NCBI RefSeq assembly: GCF_006345805.1
Contig: NC_042999.1
Coordinates: 171,740,001-171,804,000, forward strand
Origin: Octopus sinensis
Taxonomy: Eukaryota
Length of the DNA stretch: 64,000 nucleotides
Reading direction: 5' to 3'
Of the stretch, positions 61,960-64,000 are shown in pieces (the first letter of the stretch is position 1; each line of letters opens with the position of its first letter). The position numbers and the translations under genes are program-made. The notes under the pieces were generated by a model that saw nothing but the letters and a program-made list of their open reading frames with translations, had not been told where the DNA came from and did not search any database.

Positions 61960-62530
61960 ACAGTGCATGAGTCTGCAGGTGGGGACCAGGTAGAATATTC
62001 TTCAGGTCGAGTAGTACATCACTCAAAAAAGGTCCTTGAACAATGTTTGTTTCAGGATGATGAATGAAACATCCAAATCTCCAGGGCCAATTACTCAAAC
62101 ACTATAGAATTCCTCTCACCTCATGGCTATGGTACTCCCTCACTACTTCTGCTCTTGATCAGAAATGCACATATAGTCAGCCACTAAGAGACATGACATG
62201 CTCAATTGATTAATGTCAAACAATTGACACGTAAATCTGTGGTACTTAGCAAAATATTTGCTGTAGCCCATCTTTTATAGCAAGGCAAATGTACTCCAAA
62301 GGATTCCTCTCAATACATGGCTATGTTGCTCCCACACTACTTCTGCTCGGGATCAGAGATGCACATATCGTCAGCCACTGAAATCCTCAAATAGTTTAAG
62401 TTAAGCAACTAACAAGCGAATCTGTGGTATTGAGCAGAATATTTGCTATAGCCCATCTTTTGTACCAAGTCAAGGCAATGTACATGTTAACACTTCCGAT
62501 CACTTAAGATCAGAAGCCATGACAGCCACT
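61960..62530 (+). mobile_element. Unclassified interspersed repeat (probable LINE 3' region) with a 194-bp tandem duplication
   Basis: Units start at 62108 and 62302; a single unit is present at 17620-17770. Confidence 0.75.
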
Positions 62531-62554
62531 GCCATCTACTATATCAGGGCTTAT

Positions 62555-62622
62555 TATCATCATCATCATCATCATCATTGCTATTTGTAGCAGTAGCAGC
62601 AGCAGCTGTAGTAGTAGTGGTT

Positions 62623-62674
<52 letters not shown>

Positions 62675-62682
62675 CAGCAGCT

Positions 62683-62734
<52 letters not shown>

Positions 62735-62735
62735 C

Positions 62736-62824
<89 letters not shown>

Positions 62825-62827
62825 CAG
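62555..62827. repeat. (ATC)n plus long (GTA)/(GCA) compound microsatellite
   Basis: Direct reading. Confidence 0.95.
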
Positions 62828-63344
62828 CACATTGAAACATTAGTATGATAAGTTATATATATTAGGCTTGGCTTTAGTTTTTACTCGTTAGCAAGATACC
62901 AGAATACAATAAGAACAAATACACCAAAAAAGGAATTTCTTTATTTTTTGCTGTATTTCTCATTCTAATGTAGAACGTTGTATAAAAAAATATTATCATT
63001 GCAACACATTAAGCCAAATGATTTTGGCAGAAGTTTTACTCTCGTTCTCGTCTCATTGTTGTCGTGTATTAGTTTTTTAATCTTTGTCTCAAAGGCTTTG
63101 ATTTTTTTATTACTTGGCCTTATTCCTGCTGATTTGGCATTAGTGACTACAGAGCAATTGAAAGTTATGTCATCACTTCATTGCAATATATGTCTGTAAA
63201 TCGGATATTCGAGATCAAAGTAATCATCATTTATATTGTCCCCTAGATACAGTACATGCTTTTAAGTATCATCTTCATCATCATCATCATTAGTTATTTG
63301 TCTCTCAATTTTGCTTCCATTTCTGGCTGAATGTCCTTCAGAAA

Positions 63345-64000
63345 CCTTCGGTCTCTAATTTCGATGTTGAGGCTGTCAGTGAGATCGGAATCTTCGTCCG
63401 ACGAGCTATCATACCCATTTTTGCTGGATATGAGATTTACGTTTCTCCATGCCAAGCAGGGATGGGGGTGAGGAACTGCAGTGTTGTTCCGGAAAGATCT
63501 AGATCTGGAACCGGAAATTTGGTTGATGAACCTAGATATGAACAGTAACGAATGGATGGTCTGAAGGCCGTTTTGGACACAAGTTTACAATGCATGGGAC
63601 TAGTTGTTAGAAGAGGATGGTGTAAAAGCCTCGCAAACCTGCTCAGACGTTTTCACTGCCTGAGGCTATCGACTCCATTTCTCGAATGTGCCAGTGGGCA
63701 CATGGACGAACCGTATCAAGTCATCTAGATCATACCTAGCTAGAATATTTGTAGACCAGCAGAAAATTATAGCCTAAATTGTTCTCTTTTTAAAAATCGT
63801 TGGTTACAACGACCACAAACTTTTGACCTGGTCAGTCGAGTTAGAAAGTCTTCGTAGGCAAAGACCCGAGTACTGGAAGTTCAACATCCCACCCCCGTTG
63901 TGCCAAGCTTACAAAGATCGGATCAGCGAATTACTTAAGCAAGTGTTGAGGAGATCATTCGTCAACTACAAATGGTAGTTTGCCTTGAAAAGGGGAACTA
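63345..64000 (+). mobile_element. L1/Tx1 ORF2 endonuclease fragment running off the window; preceded by a ~50-bp Dong-B-like 3' UTR stub (63290-63340, -)
   Basis: FDVEAVSEI..FAGYEIYVSPC, CMGLVVRRGWCKSLANLLRRF, SSRSYLARIF, GYNDHK, EYWKFN parallel 48640-49300; TTTGCTTCCATTTCT.GC.GA.TGTC matches 51311-51340. Confidence 0.85.

Overview
This is a eukaryotic, very AT-rich, microsatellite-dense window. The SINE families and repeat content look like coleoid cephalopod (Octopus-like) DNA; that is an inference from remembered repeat consensus, not a database hit. I found no prokaryotic features (no CRISPR array, operon or rRNA) and could not confidently identify any host protein-coding gene. Most ORFs in the supplied track are translations of simple repeats or pieces of decayed transposons. 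Non-LTR retrotransposons dominate. About 15 R4/Dong-clade (RT + CCHC + PD-D/ExK restriction-like endonuclease) pieces from at least 5 subfamilies occur, including one full-length but frameshifted ~4 kb copy at 51292-55267 (-), and most sit in or end in (TAA)n. Also present: a near full-length L1/Tx1 element (46640-51232 +), a CR1-type RT (42906-44810 -), a decayed RTE, three mariner relics, a Helitron derivative, two tRNA-type SINE families and three fold-back (MITE-like) elements. The most notable patterns are: (i) same-orientation trains of R4/Dong 3' ends separated by (TAA)n, and tail-to-tail junctions suggesting that (ATT)n tails of other elements act as landing pads; (ii) a 3' motif GGTGCCCCAGCATGGCCRC + sequence-variable hairpin + AAAC shared by the CR1 LINE, a SINE family and a ~65 bp mini-insert; (iii) a perfect 117-bp inverted repeat with a snap-back hairpin at its inner edge; (iv) a hairpin-dense 5' UTR on the full-length Dong element. 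A few splice-site-bounded candidate host exons are listed at low confidence.
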